Source of the DNA: an uncultured virus (IMG/VR IMGVR_UViG_3300025769_000078)
Lineage: Duplodnaviria > Heunggongvirae > Uroviricota > Caudoviricetes
DNA length: 64,000 nucleotides
Direction: 5' to 3' (one strand)
IMG/VR virus record: IMGVR_UViG_3300025769_000078
A model generated the notes under the pieces. It had not been told where the DNA came from. It was given only the letters and a program-made list of their open reading frames with translations, and ran no database searches. The position numbers and the translations under genes were made by a program. Position 1 is the stretch's first letter; each line of letters opens with the position of its first letter. Below are positions 46,633 through 61,200 of this stretch, one piece after another.

Positions 46633-47966
46633 TGGTAGCACTGGCTGGCTTAACTGTCGCTCTTGGTGGGCTGGCAACTGGTGCTGCTTCTGTATCAGGT
46701 ATCTTTGGTGCTCTTGGTGGCATCTTTGGTGGAGCAATTTCAGTAGTCAGTGGGCTATTTGGTGGGCTTGTATCGTTTGTCAAAGAAAAGTTTCAGAGTG
46801 TGAAAGATTTTTGGAATGAGAACATTATGCCCATTTGGGATGCGTTTTACGCTGTTGCTGAACCTATCATCACACTCATATCGACACTGGTAACAGAAAG
46901 TTTTGGTTTAGCATTCGATGGTTTAGGCATAGCATGGCAACTGTTAGTTGATTTACTAAGCGCTGCTTGGAACGTAACAGTTCAACCGCTTATCGACATT
47001 TTCACTGGCTTGTTCAACGCTGGTATGGCGCTGATACAAGGAGACTGGGAAGGCGTTATGGATGCGATGGGTGGCGTATGGGATTCAGTCATCATGCCTA
47101 TCATTCAACCGTTTGTTGATTTGTTCCAAGTTGGTATGGCTATCGCCAAAGGTGACTGGGATGGAGTCATGAATGGTATGAAGAAAGTGTGGGACGGCAC
47201 AATAGGTATTGTTGTTAATCCCCTCATTGACGCTCTTCTTGCTGGTCTAAGCGCTGTTGGTGATGCTTGGTCAGCAGTCTTTGGTGCTGCTAAGAATGTA
47301 TGGACTTCTTACATTGTCAATCCTGTAATGGCTCTGTTCGGCCCACTTATCGACAGTATCAAATTTATTCTCGACAACTGGGATTTAGTCATGTTAGGGA
47401 TGAAGATGGCTTACGAAAGATACTTGAAGCCAGTTTTTGATGCAATTTCATTTGCCGCTGAAATGGCTCTTAAGCCATTTAAACTTGCTTGGGATGCTAT
47501 TAGTGACGCATTTACTTGGGCTTATGATAACGTCATATCTCCTGTTTTTGAATTGATACAAGGTGCAATTGAAGCAGTAATGGATAAGTTACAACCAGTT
47601 TTAGACGGAATACAAAAGGCGGCCGACTATGCTGGTGGAGTAATTGATGCGGGTAAAGGAGCAATAAGCAAGGTTGGAGGTTTTCTTGGTTTCTCTGAGG
47701 GTGGTGTAGCCAGTGGGCCTAACAGTGGTTACCCTGTAACTCTTCACGGCACAGAGGCAATTGTCCCGCTATCAGGTGGTCGTTCTATTCCTGTTGAAAT
47801 TAACGGCGGTGGCGGTGGTGGAGGTAATACCTTCAACATCAGCATCAATGCATCGGGTATGACGGACAGAACAGACAAGCGTGAGTTTGCAAGACAGATG
47901 AGCAACGCTATCCAACAAGAGATTGCTCGTGCCAGTGGTGGCTCTACAATGAGGTCAGGTAGATGA
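46632..47966 (+). CDS. Tape measure protein (short)
   Basis: Periodic W/F amphipathic repeats (GDWEGVM, GDWDGVM); C-terminal FSEGGV..VTLHGTEAIVPL. Confidence 0.8.
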   Translation: MVALAGLTVALGGLATGAASVSGIFGALGGIFGGAISVVSGLFGGLVSFVKEKFQSVKDFWNENIMPIWDAFYAVAEPIITLISTLVTESFGLAFDGLGIAWQLLVDLLSAAWNVTVQPLIDIFTGLFNAGMALIQGDWEGVMDAMGGVWDSVIMPIIQPFVDLFQVGMAIAKGDWDGVMNGMKKVWDGTIGIVVNPLIDALLAGLSAVGDAWSAVFGAAKNVWTSYIVNPVMALFGPLIDSIKFILDNWDLVMLGMKMAYERYLKPVFDAISFAAEMALKPFKLAWDAISDAFTWAYDNVISPVFELIQGAIEAVMDKLQPVLDGIQKAADYAGGVIDAGKGAISKVGGFLGFSEGGVASGPNSGYPVTLHGTEAIVPLSGGRSIPVEINGGGGGGGNTFNISINASGMTDRTDKREFARQMSNAIQQEIARASGGSTMRSGR

Positions 47967-49198
47967 GCGACGGCTATGGCACACCAATTCGCCTTCACTT
48001 TGACGGTGGGTTAGGTATGGATTTGCTTGCTGGATTAGGCGCTGACATAGCACCTTTTCCTCCTATGGAACTTCAGGCTCTTTCTATTGCTCTCAGTGTA
48101 GAGCGAAAAGTAGGTGGTATGCCTATTCCTCTTTTCGGGGGAACTCGTATGGGTATTGACTTGAATATGGTCAATTCTACTATTGTTATCGAAGGTATCT
48201 TTACCGATGACGATGTAAACCGACGCTCATCAGCCGCCACAGCCGCTGTATCTGTCATTGACTTTGCTGTAAATCAGGCTCAAGTTGATACCGTAGGGCA
48301 GTTCACTCAAGTAGCAGACCGAGTTTTTTACGATAATCTTCTTGAATTAACCTTAACAGAGCAAGACGGAACAGTGTTGGATATTTTTTTCATAGCGGGT
48401 AGTGGTGATTTTTCTAATCCCGGTGTAACGAATGTTTCATCAAGCGATTCTGACCCCGGCCCTTCAGGAACAAAAATTTACACGCACACTACACTCACCC
48501 CTCCAGCAGTTATAGCCCAGTCAATAATTACAGCATTGGGCGGTAGCCATCTTAATTCAACAATCACTGGTTCTGTATCGACATCTGAATTTGCACCCGC
48601 TGCTGGTAGTTCAAAACTCACGCTCACGCAAGGCACAACAGGAAAGATGACCTCCAATGATTCAGTATTGTTTCGCACTTCAGGCGACTACGCTCCATAT
48701 CACAGACCGTTTAGCGGAGGCACAAGTGCTACGGACATCAATAACAAATCGGCTGGAGATAAAGTGCAAGACTTGTATGGTATTTTACACAATACAGATA
48801 GAGGCACTGCCGCTTTAATCGTCGGCACAGCAGTGGCTGTAGCATCAGGAGGGGTAGCACTCGCCGCTGCTGGCGCTGTGGCAGCCACAGGTGGTCTTCA
48901 GACAATTTTTAACGGAGACTACCCCATTGGTCTACAGATACCATACAACTCAATGATTCAGGCTAAAGGTGGTAAAAAATACAGCGTGCGTAATTTTTTA
49001 ATTAAAACTGGGTTATTTCAGACAACAGGTGGAAAAATCTCAGACGGTAACGAAAAGTCAGCAAACGTAGAGTTTAGCACTCTTGACGACTCTACTGGTA
49101 TTCAAGGCACAATACAAAAGTTCGATGTGGGTTACAACGCTGGAGAACAGCACTACACATATCAAATGGTCTTTGCTCCGATTGACATAATTATTTGA
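47963..49198 (+). CDS. Putative distal tail/baseplate hub protein
   Basis: Follows the tape measure; beta-rich with an insertion. Confidence 0.55.
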   Translation: MSDGYGTPIRLHFDGGLGMDLLAGLGADIAPFPPMELQALSIALSVERKVGGMPIPLFGGTRMGIDLNMVNSTIVIEGIFTDDDVNRRSSAATAAVSVIDFAVNQAQVDTVGQFTQVADRVFYDNLLELTLTEQDGTVLDIFFIAGSGDFSNPGVTNVSSSDSDPGPSGTKIYTHTTLTPPAVIAQSIITALGGSHLNSTITGSVSTSEFAPAAGSSKLTLTQGTTGKMTSNDSVLFRTSGDYAPYHRPFSGGTSATDINNKSAGDKVQDLYGILHNTDRGTAALIVGTAVAVASGGVALAAAGAVAATGGLQTIFNGDYPIGLQIPYNSMIQAKGGKKYSVRNFLIKTGLFQTTGGKISDGNEKSANVEFSTLDDSTGIQGTIQKFDVGYNAGEQHYTYQMVFAPIDIII

Positions 49199-49207
49199 GG
49201 TGACGAT

Positions 49208-52200
49208 ATGCCAATCATGCTTCAATCCAATCACGCTTTGTTCTTTGATGGCGTGAGCGATAGCGTCATTATCCCACAGGGCAACTTCAGTAGGGTAGGA
49301 GAAGACTACGACAAAGAAACCGACATTACCCGTAGAAGTTCAGCGTCGATTGTATCTCATGCAACAGGAAGAGGTATGGTTGCTGATTTGTTAGGCGATG
49401 GCTTGGCTATTGAGGCATGGGTCGTCCCTGACTGTGGTGGTGTGATTCTCATGAAAGAAGGTCAGTTCCGTCTTAGCATGGGAACGGTTGATACACCCGG
49501 CCCAGTTGAGTTTGAAGCCAATCTCACTTCTGCCTCTACAGGTGCGATGAAGGTTTTTCTTCGCAGCGCTCAGCCTGAAACAAATGGGTATGATGGACAA
49601 GTCTACCCAGTGACTACATTTGGTGGGCTTGATGATGCTTACAACCGCTTTGATAGCGGTAAAGATAAAGCAACATCACTAAGTCAAAATCAAAGACCAC
49701 TCTACCATCTTGTTGCTTGTATCAATAGAGGTAAGGCTGAAGTTTACGTCAATGGGGATTTGGTAGCCCAACAAATAATTCCTCTCGATGCTGCCTTAAG
49801 ACCAAAGAACTCACATGTCTATATTGGTGGTAAAGGTGGTGAGTTCAGAGGTGTGATTGAAGGCATTCACGTCTCTTCATCGTTTAACAACGAGATGATA
49901 ACTCGTAACCCATCAATGGTTGGTGATAAGACTGTATCGTTGTATAGATTTGAAGAGCCTATCTCACCTCTAAGTGGCGTTTACACCATAACTGATGTGA
50001 TTGAAACATCTTACAATGACGATGGGTTAGCCTCAGCAGAGACTCATCTCTCTTCAATACCAATTTCTCCCGCTGATGCTCAATCTTTGGCTAACGCTTT
50101 GACTGGTAAAACGATTACAGACACCTATGTTGATTTTACAGTCTCCCCATACTCAACTGGTGATTACTCTGTTATTGACAGATACAGCACACCCGGCACG
50201 ACTACCAATCATCTCGTGCCTCACGTTCCTTACAATCTTCTCATCAATCCCGGCTCAATCAATCAAGACTCAAAGAAGCCAAACGGTAAACCACCTGAGC
50301 GTGTGCGTTTGCACCGCATCAACATTTCATCAGGTCGATTGTTAGTATCAAGTATTCACTTGGATTTCAAGACAACAACCAACACCGATGGACTACGACC
50401 CGTTCTTCATTCAACACACATAGCGGCTAACGGAGCAAACTCATTTGTCGTTATCTCAGCCGATTGTCTCATCGAAAACGGCACAGGTCGCCCGTATCAA
50501 CCACCTCATCTTTCTACACAATTGATTGACAGAGCAGGTCAGATGTTGATTGATGAAGGGCTATACGAGCAACACGCTATGGTGTATTCCAGTCGTATGT
50601 CTACAACTGCTGTCGATACAGACAACCCGTTTGCAGTGGCTTGGCCTACCGATTTGGATGAGAGTTTTCAGATAGGACACTCAGGTCGCCATACACTCAA
50701 TCACGTTGAAGGTCATCCGTATCTCAGGCTCATGCCTCGTGCCAATGAAGAAACGCTTGACCAACAGGCTGGTAATTCTGACATTCTCACACTGACATAC
50801 GATGCTGCTTCAAAAGGTATTGATTCGATGTTTCCTATCAATTCTCAAGTTGATTACTACAAAGACACAGCAGCGTTTGAAATCCTAAAAGTTGTCAATA
50901 ACAGCACTGTTCATGAGATTGTCTCCAACGGACTAAGCGGAGCAAACAAGACGCTCATAGCGTTGGGGGGTGCGAGTGCTACCGACAACGACTTTGACCC
51001 ACTACCGTTTGTTTTGAAAGGGCCAGTGCCTCAAGACATAAACAACATTGACGATAATGTTCGTAAATTTCACTTACACCCATCGAGAGACAGTCGTGTA
51101 GCCTTACTGGAAGTTCCTACACTTGCTACTCGTGGGCTTGCGCCGTATGTTGAGGTTCATTACAACGCTATTGACTTTACAGGGGCTTCGATGAGTAAAA
51201 CAGCACCGATGCTTATGGTTGAAAAAACAGTCCCAGCATCGAACTACGAAGTTGCCAGCGGTGTGTATGTCTATGATGACATAGCAACCGATGTCGCCGC
51301 TGGTAACGCTACGCTTTACGCCGCTGGAGGCTATATTGACGTTGGTAAATCAAAAGAAGGAAACTTAGGCTCAGTCAATTTCAGTCACTCATTGGTAGGT
51401 GACATCAGCGAGGGCTTTGAGGCCGATGTTGAGTTGGATGAACGACGCACACCTGCTAATTTTACAGCAGCGGGAACTGTTGGTAACACAACACCTCAGA
51501 ATCTGACAGCATCACATACAACCAAAGCCCAGCATGATTCTGTATTTCATCGCATACTGATTGAAAGAGTGGCGGATAGCGGCTCTCTTACTGTGTCTTC
51601 TGAGTTCAACCGCATAACACCGCATACAGTTCACAGCAGTCCAAGCGCTGGTCAGTTTGACATAGGTGTGACCTCTTCAGCCTCTCCTATTCATGAGATA
51701 TTCGACATTATTGACAACGTAGAAATCAAGAATAGTGCGGGTATCACACATCGTTTCTTTGTCCAACCCTCTGACAGAACACGCACAAATCAGTTGCAAT
51801 ACGTTTATTCCACAAAAGAAAGACCTAACTCCAGCAACATAGCCACTGTTATGTTCTTAATGGGTCGCTCAAAGTTGCGTGGTATTGAACAAGTAGAAGA
51901 TGAAAACGGACGTTCTACACTTGTTCACTGCGTCGGTCTTTCTGATGTCGCCGCTACACGAAGCATCAACGAGTTAGGTTCAGGCAGCCCTGACTCTCAT
52001 GTCGTCAAAGAGATAGACCCTAATGCACCTGTCGTGAGTGTTACGCTGGGTGGCGTAGGTCAAGGAGCATACGACACAAAGCCATCGTTTGACAAAAGCA
52101 CACTGGCTCATTTACCATACAGTAGCCGAAGAGGATTCTCTTGTCTTGCTACCAAAGTAAGGGTCGATTTGAGCACCAGCAACGGAACACAGTTCATCGA

Positions 52201-55200
52201 AGTGTCTCCTCTTAACAACGACTCCCCCGATTTAGCGAGTTGGGGGACTTATCCGTTTCCGAAAGTAGGAAGAATTTACCTGAAAAACGGAGCAAATGCG
52301 GAATATCAAAGCAAGACTGGTGCGTGTTTCTTGTTCACTGATTCTAACGTATCTACTCGTCGTTTCCTACTACCCAACGGTAACGCTGTTGCCACATTCC
52401 AAGACTGGGTAGTTGGTAGCGGTTTGCGAAAGGATGCTGATGTTCTAACTGGCACGCAGTCTCAAGATTTTCCTCTTGGTGAAATCATCATGGGAGACGG
52501 TCACTTCTTCATTGAGAACCTACAGTCTGACGGCACGACAGTCAATGACCGAATGTTCCAATCAATGGACAACATATCGCATGATTATCAACTTGGGACT
52601 CAATTTGCTTCAACTCGTGCTTTGGTTGAGATACCTTTGTTCAGAGGTCAGTTCTTTGCTGATAGAGAAAACAACAGTTACCCAAGCCCTGACAACTCGT
52701 TGAAACTTCACATCGACCCCACCATGACCGCACACACATGGAATCCTTCACCTGTGGGGCGTAGATACCAAGACCTACCTCCATCGGACAGAAGCGCATA
52801 CGGAGCGTATGCAAAGAGTATTCTCACTAACGAGAGAAACAATCAGTCGAACATCACAAACTTTGAGACAAACTCAACCAATTATCGAATCTATGTCAGT
52901 AATCCAGCCATGTTCCCAGCAGGTGATGTAACAACGACCAACACCAACCACTACAACGTCGATAACGTCTTGCTGTTCCGTAGAGTCTTTCTTCCTTCAG
53001 GAGAGTGGGCTATCTACTCCAACGACCCGATAACAGATGGTTACATAGAGATTACAAAAGAAGAGTCCTATGTATCGGAAAACTTTGTCTCTCAACTCAC
53101 CATAGGCACGCCTCTTCTGATGGGGAATGCATACGACTCCGAAGTCTTAGTGCCACTCAAGGGTGACGCACTCAACGTCGCTGCTGACTTTGAGAACAGA
53201 AGTGAATACTACTACGACGCAGCCAGTGTTAAGACACAAGGCGGTAACATCGACTACGGTTTGCGTCAGTATGTAAGCGCTGTCGAGTTCAAGGCAGGGC
53301 CATTATCAAATCCTCACGCCGCAAGAGTGCAAAGTGGTCGTGCTACAGGAACTATTCTAAGTGTAGAACCAATCATGAATGGCTCAGTGTATACTGGTTT
53401 TGCTCATCTCATTATGAGTCAGGAAGATGTAGATAAGTTCCCATCTGTCGAAAGGCAACCGAATGCTATCAATGCTGATTATGAGTGGGAGATGGGACAA
53501 GCACACTACAGTTTGGAGATTGACTCAAACATATTCGTCTACTTTGGAGAAGGAAACAAAAACAAGAGCACGTTGGTTAGCGGTGGTCTAACGCCTACTG
53601 ACTCTCTTGATACACTGTCCAGTATCATAGTGATGACAAAGGAGAACAACACAGTCCCTTCTTATCTCAAAAACGACACACTGAAAGGCGAGACAGCAAC
53701 GCTAACAAAATATGGTTACGATGTTTTCTTTTCAAGCGACAAATACAACACCAAGTTAGACAACACAGTAAACAAATCACACACTGGTAGAGCCACATTC
53801 TATTCATCACCGTGGGAGATAACGGGTCTTACTGGGAGCGACGACGAACTTCCTCTTTCCTCTGCTACAAAATCTCAAATTTTACAAGCCAACACGCTCT
53901 ATTTGAATGTCAAACCTAACGATTGGATTTACGCCGAACATGAAATTGCTGGAAGTCCTACTACTGTGACGTTGTTGGGTCAAGTTGATTACATTGTTGA
54001 AGGAGCAATCAGGGGTAATCCAGTAACAGTCCCAGCAGTCAATACGAAAATTTACCTCAAAACAGCAGTCCCTGCTGACAACAAGGCCAGTCTCACCAAT
54101 ATGATTGCTCAAGCAGCGGCTTCGCCTTCTACGGAAAAAGTATACCTCCGAACTGGGTGTCATTCGATGATGAAGAATGACGAAGAGGCTTGCCTAAACA
54201 GAACGTGGTTGTTCCCTTACGCTCAAGGTGGTTTGCGTCGTGGTGATACTGTATGGATGAACATGACCTACAACAACCCTCACGCTGTTCAGGGTATGTT
54301 TGCTAAGAGTCGTGGTGTGCTTAACGAAGCACTTGTTTGGAAGGGATTTAATGGTGGTCAAGGGCTTATGGCTACAGAGCCTCGTGATTCAATCCCTCTT
54401 GAAAACTTCTTGATTGGCGACAGTTGTATCGAAACGGCTCGTAACTTTGTTCAGCATGTCAATAAAACCATTGAGTTAAACTACGATGAACTGGGTATGA
54501 GCAATCCACCGACTGTGGCTTACCTTGACCCGTATCTTGCTACAGAAGGTCACGCTCGTGTATTGTTGTATGACGTAGCGCATGACCGTGAGTTTATCGC
54601 TTTCCAAGACATACACATGCAAGTCCAAACTTCACCAAAGGCTGCTGAGTTGGGCTTTGAGAGGCTGTCATCATCGCTCAACGTGGCTGACGGAACAGAT
54701 GAAATTGACTTAAGCAACTACGCTATCAAATACAACGGTGGTGCTCAGAATCCATTTATCACGCAAATAGATGTCGCTAACGGCTATCCTTCTCAAAACA
54801 AATACATCAGAGCGTATCAACAATCCAACTTCATGGAGAGTGCATATGCTCACAACATCGCCAACAACATGTCAAATGCGATGTTAGAGCCAGTTTCGGG
54901 GATTGTTACGAGGCTTGAATCCGTTGGTGCTAATTTGCTTCAGTATCAGAATGGAACTGGTTACTCAACAGGCACTAACGTAGCAACAACAAGCATTAAC
55001 GCTGGTGGGACAGGGCTAACAGTAGACATCACAGCGTCTGCTGGACAAATTACCAACATCGTAGTCAATAACGGTGGGAATGGTTACAACAACTCAAGTG
55101 GGGGTCGTGAAGCAAGAGTCAGAATTACAGGTGGAAACAATGACGCAGTTTTCAAAGTCTTTACAACCAATACAAGCGTTGTCAATGTCCTAACCTCTAT

Positions 55201-58200
55201 GACTCAGGCTGCTCTCTATGGTAAGGCGCATGGACACTTCATACACACTGGTTACCATACTGGTGGCCCACTGGCTAAGAAACGCACGCTGGGTGATAGC
55301 ATTACATCTCGCACCAACAATGCGGTTGCTATACCATACCACGCTAACAAAGAACATAACAAGACGAGAAAGTTGTTTTCATCCAACGACGTTTTGATTA
55401 AGGCTTTAATGCAACATCGTATTTCAAAGGGTAAAACTCTGACGCTAAAGGCTGGTGGTAGCGGGTATAACAACGGCACGTTCTACAATGTAAAAACAAC
55501 CACAGACGGTCAAGGCACTGGCATGACCGTTGATGTTACTATCTCAAGCAACGCAGTTGTCACCGCTACTGTAAATCGACATGGTGACAGTTTCTACGAA
55601 GAAGGCGATACCATCTTTATCGCTGACCGAAGCCTCAACATTCTTCCGACAGCCACAGCAAATGTAAGCGGTAACGGGGATGGTAGTTTCACCCTGTTCA
55701 TGAACAGAAGAAACGAAGAAACATCTACGTTGTTCGATACACCTGACGGCACTCGTGTCATCCCAGCCTTCCTTGCTCTCAAGGGCATTCGCTCAGAGGC
55801 TCTTGACCTATCCAACATGACTACTGAGACAAGACTACAGCATCTACCTCAATGGACTCAGATGGATTTCACAAGAAGGATGACTATTGACTTGGGTGAA
55901 GTCGCAGTTAGAGATGGTATCACCAGCGTCGAAGCGGCGGCTACCGAAGTTGTGCGTATGATAAATCAAGCCGCTGCAAAGAAAGGGCGCACACACAGCA
56001 ACAACACAAACAAACAATACCCTGTGAAAGTTGTTGGTGAGTCTGATTTTGCTACAACTGGTTCTACTCACGACCCTGTTGTGTGGTGGGATGAGGACAA
56101 GGCGTTTGAGTCGCACGATAAGGGAACGCACATGGGTTACATTCGTGCTCATCTTGGTCGTGTCGTCAGAGACGTAGACGGTAACGAAGAAGGATTCTCA
56201 ATCATCGTTCACAGCACAGTTCCCGGTGCTACTGGGCGTAACTTTGCTGTATGGCTTGACAACAGCAAAGGGCAAGTTCCTTACAAGCCTGAATTTATGA
56301 TTGGTCATGGTGGTCGTTTCAGAACATTTTGGTGTATGCCTGATGAACTGAGTGGAGAAAACATGCACCCAGCGCCAATGCCGCTTAATAAACATGGAAG
56401 ACCGTTTGCTCCGATTACCTCTTTGAGACAATATACTCAACCCGATGAGTCCATGCAAGCCGTCGTTCCAAAGGGTGAGTTCTCCAACAACCATGACGAG
56501 ACGACGACACCAAGACTGCGTGCAGTATCAGCGCACAGCGGTAGTGGACAAAATCACAATACGCTCAACACTGAATCACTTGAAATTGAAGGATTCAATA
56601 CATCATTTACAGAAGGTTTGCGTGTCGGAACAAACGCTGTGGCACGAATAAACTTCGGTGGTCTTGTCTCTGCTGGTGTCCCCGGCTTCGCACCTGACGC
56701 TGGTAAGTGGGGCTTTGGTAGAAAGGGCGATGAGCGATTTGCTAACGACTATGGTAAACTCACAAAGGTGGTAGACACAGAACCCGCTACTACCTACACT
56801 GGTCACGTTCCTACTGCTCAGGTATTCCCTGATAGTATAGGTGATTCTCCTATCTACGGTCTACGACTACAAGACCACAGAGGGGTGGAGCATGGTATAC
56901 GTTACATCTACAAGAACATGGGAGAGAAATTCGCCTTAGACAACACGCTTCTACCAAAGACGTTGGAGAATGAAATTGTAGTTTACTTCAATCACAAAGA
57001 TTGCTCGCAAGGTGGTTTCACGATTGGTAAGCACATGCATGGTATAAGCGACCCAACAGGGCGATTCCCAGCCACGCCTTCTAACGCTGGTCTTGCAAAC
57101 TGGCGAGGTAACTTATGGCGAGGAGCACCTGCTCCAAATGCTTCTTACAACACAGACGTTGTTTACAATACAACGGATAAAACAATCACAGTTACACTCT
57201 ATGCTCCATACGATGACTGCCCTCATCATGATGTATTGGGTTACATGGGATTCCCTGCTGAAAACGGTGTCATTCACTTATCAGACCCTTACAACGATGC
57301 ATCCCTTACTGGTAACTGGGGTAACATGTTTGCCTACACTCATCGCACAAGAAACGACAAGACAGGAACACATGTATTCCACGGTGTAACTGGAGACACA
57401 TACATCTCACGACACAAAATTCACACTCACAGCAACACTGCTCCTACACTCACTCTTGGTGACTTTGTTGTTGGTGAAGAAACAGGCGGTATCTCTGCTT
57501 TGATAACACCAGTCGCTAACTGGACTACGCTTGTTACAGACGAACTAATGGCAGCCGTAACCGCTGCCGCTATCAACCTAACAGACCCCAATGAAGAAAC
57601 GACTTTTGACTGCACCAACATGTATGCCTCTGATGGTCGCACTTTTGGTGAATGGGGTATTACAGAAGAGTCAATCAGAATCAAAGCCTACAATACAAAA
57701 GGCAACATCGAGCCTATATCGAACTTCTTTACAGCGAATCTTTCACAAGACGTTGGCATCAGAGCCAGCCACATTGAGTATGGTGAAGTTGAGAGCCTGA
57801 AGATTAACAACGACGGAGTTGCTGTAACAGGTGATGGAACACGACCAGTAGGCGATGGTTTGATTGCCAAAGGACGAAGCCTGAACTGTGGTTATATCCC
57901 CTCAACGATTATACAGATTACAACAAAGGGTAGAGGACACAATGCAAATACCGCTACGCCAAATATCGTAGACTCGCAAAACAATCCTATCAACACCAGC
58001 ACATGGCGAAAGAATTTGATTGGTGAAAACTTCATTGAATCAAGCGGAGATTTGATTCTACCAAATCTTGACAATCCAACACTAAAGATGACCAATGTTG
58101 ATTCTGCATCTATAATGGCTTTACACGGCGATAATGAAATGTGGCACTTCGCTAAACCCGCTGGTTATGAAGCGTCGGTTACTCACGTTGAACAAGGTGC

Positions 58201-61200
58201 ATCGCAAGACTACGCAAGAGTAGATTCTTTTGGCACAAAGACTTCTATCAGTTACGGCACACATACAGCAGTCACGGAAGGTATGAATGTAAACAGTGGT
58301 GGATATGTTTCTGAAAAGACGTTTAGCCAATTATCTGATGCTAATTTGAGAAGCGGAGACTGGCCTTCATCAAACCCAAGCGGGACACTTGTTGTCCAAA
58401 AATACGCTGATTTAAGGGCGTATTTGTTCGCTGGTAAACGCTCTCTTGGTAGCGTGCATTCTTTACCAATCATTCACTTTACTGGCGCTCGTGATGGCCC
58501 TGACAACTACGTTCCTCTGTTCTTTGGTGGTGGTTTCAGCGGCGCTGTGGTAGACATCAATGACGGGACACAGAACGATTACTCAGAGCATAACACACAT
58601 CCGTATGCTAATGGGCCAACAGGCTCTGCTGGTATTCAGAATGCCAATGAAATTCTTTCTTCATTCTCTACACTTGACTGTAACGCTATCATGGCCTTCT
58701 TCCCAGCAACTGCTTTGTTAAAGCAACATCGTGGTAGCATCAATCCACCAGTCTACAACAAAGACAACATTTTGTCTCCTGACATCAAGAGAGGCACTCA
58801 AGGTGTGAGTAACATACACCCCAATGCTGCTCCATATACTGCTGGTGCTCCATATACTGCTGGGGTTCACATGCAAGTGCCGTCTCCTATGGTGTTGCGC
58901 TTTGCTCATCCAACGGCTCGCTATAACGACCATCGTGATGGAGTAGAAAACAAGACAACATACATCATTTTCGGGCCGGGACAAGCATTCCCTCTCTGTC
59001 AAGAAAAAGCAAGCCCTGACAATGCGTTTGAGCCACACCCCGGTGAGGCTGTGAGCACTGGTAACACTTGGTCAAAAGTTCCAAACATGACAAGTAGCCG
59101 ACCATTCTTACCAAATCACATTCAAAATAGTGCAGGTGAATACATGCCTGAGCGTGTAGAAACACAGTTGGCTAAGCACCGATTCCATTATCGCCAAGTG
59201 CTAAACTGGGAGTCACCTCTTGGTATACCCGATACCGTATTTTTACGAGAGCGACCTGAGAATGGTAGAAACTACGGTAACTCGTTCACTGCTAACGCCT
59301 TTGACCACTACAGCACTGCTTCCAACTTTACAGATGACGTAGCGAAAGCATATGCTGTTGTTCAACCCAGTAGACACGCTATGTTCTATGCTGGAGGTAT
59401 GGTCAAGAACTCTGATTTGTGTTGGCACATGGATAATGGTAACCATCCCGGTGGTTCTTGGATGGACAATCAAATTACCATGAATCCGCCACTACAGGGC
59501 GCTGCAACAAGAATTAGTTTAAACACAAATGTCAGTCGTATCAACAAAACTGCGTTTAGAGTTGCTGGTGTGTTGGCAACAAAGATGCTACACTCAAACG
59601 ACAACTCAGGCTCTCCCGGCTTTAACACTGATACCTTGACAGCAAGTGACGTAGACCACGAATACATCGTAGTAGACGCTACACGTTGTCAGAACGGAGA
59701 AGAGTTGGCTTGTGTGCTGGGGGCTGCTATCAATACGTTCCCCGGTAAAGGTGCTCTCAAGGCTATTGGCGGGACGTTCATGCCATCAATGGGTAATGCT
59801 ACTCGCCAAGACCGATATGGTTGGATAGAGGCTGCATCAGTGGCGATACCAAGTGGCGTTTACGGAAACGGAACAGTAGGCGGAGTTACAGCGCATAGCG
59901 ATGTTACTGATTTTGGTTATTCCAACAATACAGTAAGCGTTGAACCTATGGTGAGAACTATCGCAACAACCAGCACGTTTACTGCAAACGTCACCAGTGG
60001 TGTCGCAGCCATAGCGGTCACTGGGACGTTCCCTGCTTTGATACAAGCGGGTCAGTCTGTAAGCGGGGTTGGAATACAAGCCAATAGCGTAGTCGCTTCC
60101 TTTGACTCAACAGCAAGCACTGTCACAATAAACCCAGCCCCGAATGTTTCAAACACTGGTGTGACGATTACATACACCCACAATACACTTGGTAACACAG
60201 CAACAGGTGGTGCGAGTCTCAAAAACGGTGATTGTTTTATCGACCTCATTATCGTTGGTGGTGGGACAGTGGAAACAGAATCGTTTGCAAATCGTGTCCC
60301 AGCATCAGGTTGGTTGCGAACAGAAGCCAATCATGACTACGGAGCGTCTGTAAGCAGTTCAGTCAAATCATCAGCGTGGGCTTCTTATCATAGTCGTGCG
60401 TTTTACAGACTCGGAACTAACGCAACCGATGCGTTGTATTGTCGATTCTTTTTGTCACACAATAAAATTACAGGTTTGAAAGCCTTTGAAGACGGAGAGG
60501 CTTGGCGTATCTATGCGAATACTTCAGTAGCGTTCAACAGCGGTGGTGGTGGAAACGTAAGTGGAGTAACAATACCACACCCTGCGCCTACTACTGGAAC
60601 AAAAATATGGATATGGTCAAAGAGTGCGACTATTGGAGTGGACAACTCAGCAGGTAGTCGTTTCTCAAACTACGGCATTGGAGCACCGCACTTCAGTGGT
60701 GTCGCTGACGCAATAGACAGGACAAAACCAGTCGGAGCAGTAGGGTGGCATGGTGAGCGATACTCTTACCTTAACACACTGTCGGTAGACGGTGGTTTCT
60801 CGGCTGGTCTTGGTGCTTGGCATTCTATGCTTGGGTTCTCACCATACGGTGGCTCTTCGTCTTGCGCCAACATGCTTGGTCATTTACCTCACACAACTCC
60901 CCTACCTAACTCTCCTGAGAGTATGCCACCGACAGATATACCGGGTCGCAGTCTTACCAACTTCCCAAGTGATGGTGATACTGAGGCTGACTCTGTATCT
61001 TACGGTGTTGATGACCCAATAGCATTCGGCACATATGTTGTAGGCTGGGCTGATGGTGCTCAGTTCAACAACCCGCCAGTTATGCGAAACACACCTGAGA
61101 TACAAAAAGAGTTGATTCACGCTCAAGGCACTTACTCTCGTGCTTTGCTGGTCGTAGCCCACGAAGGTGAATTGAGTTTGGTAGCAAGGAAGGACAGAGA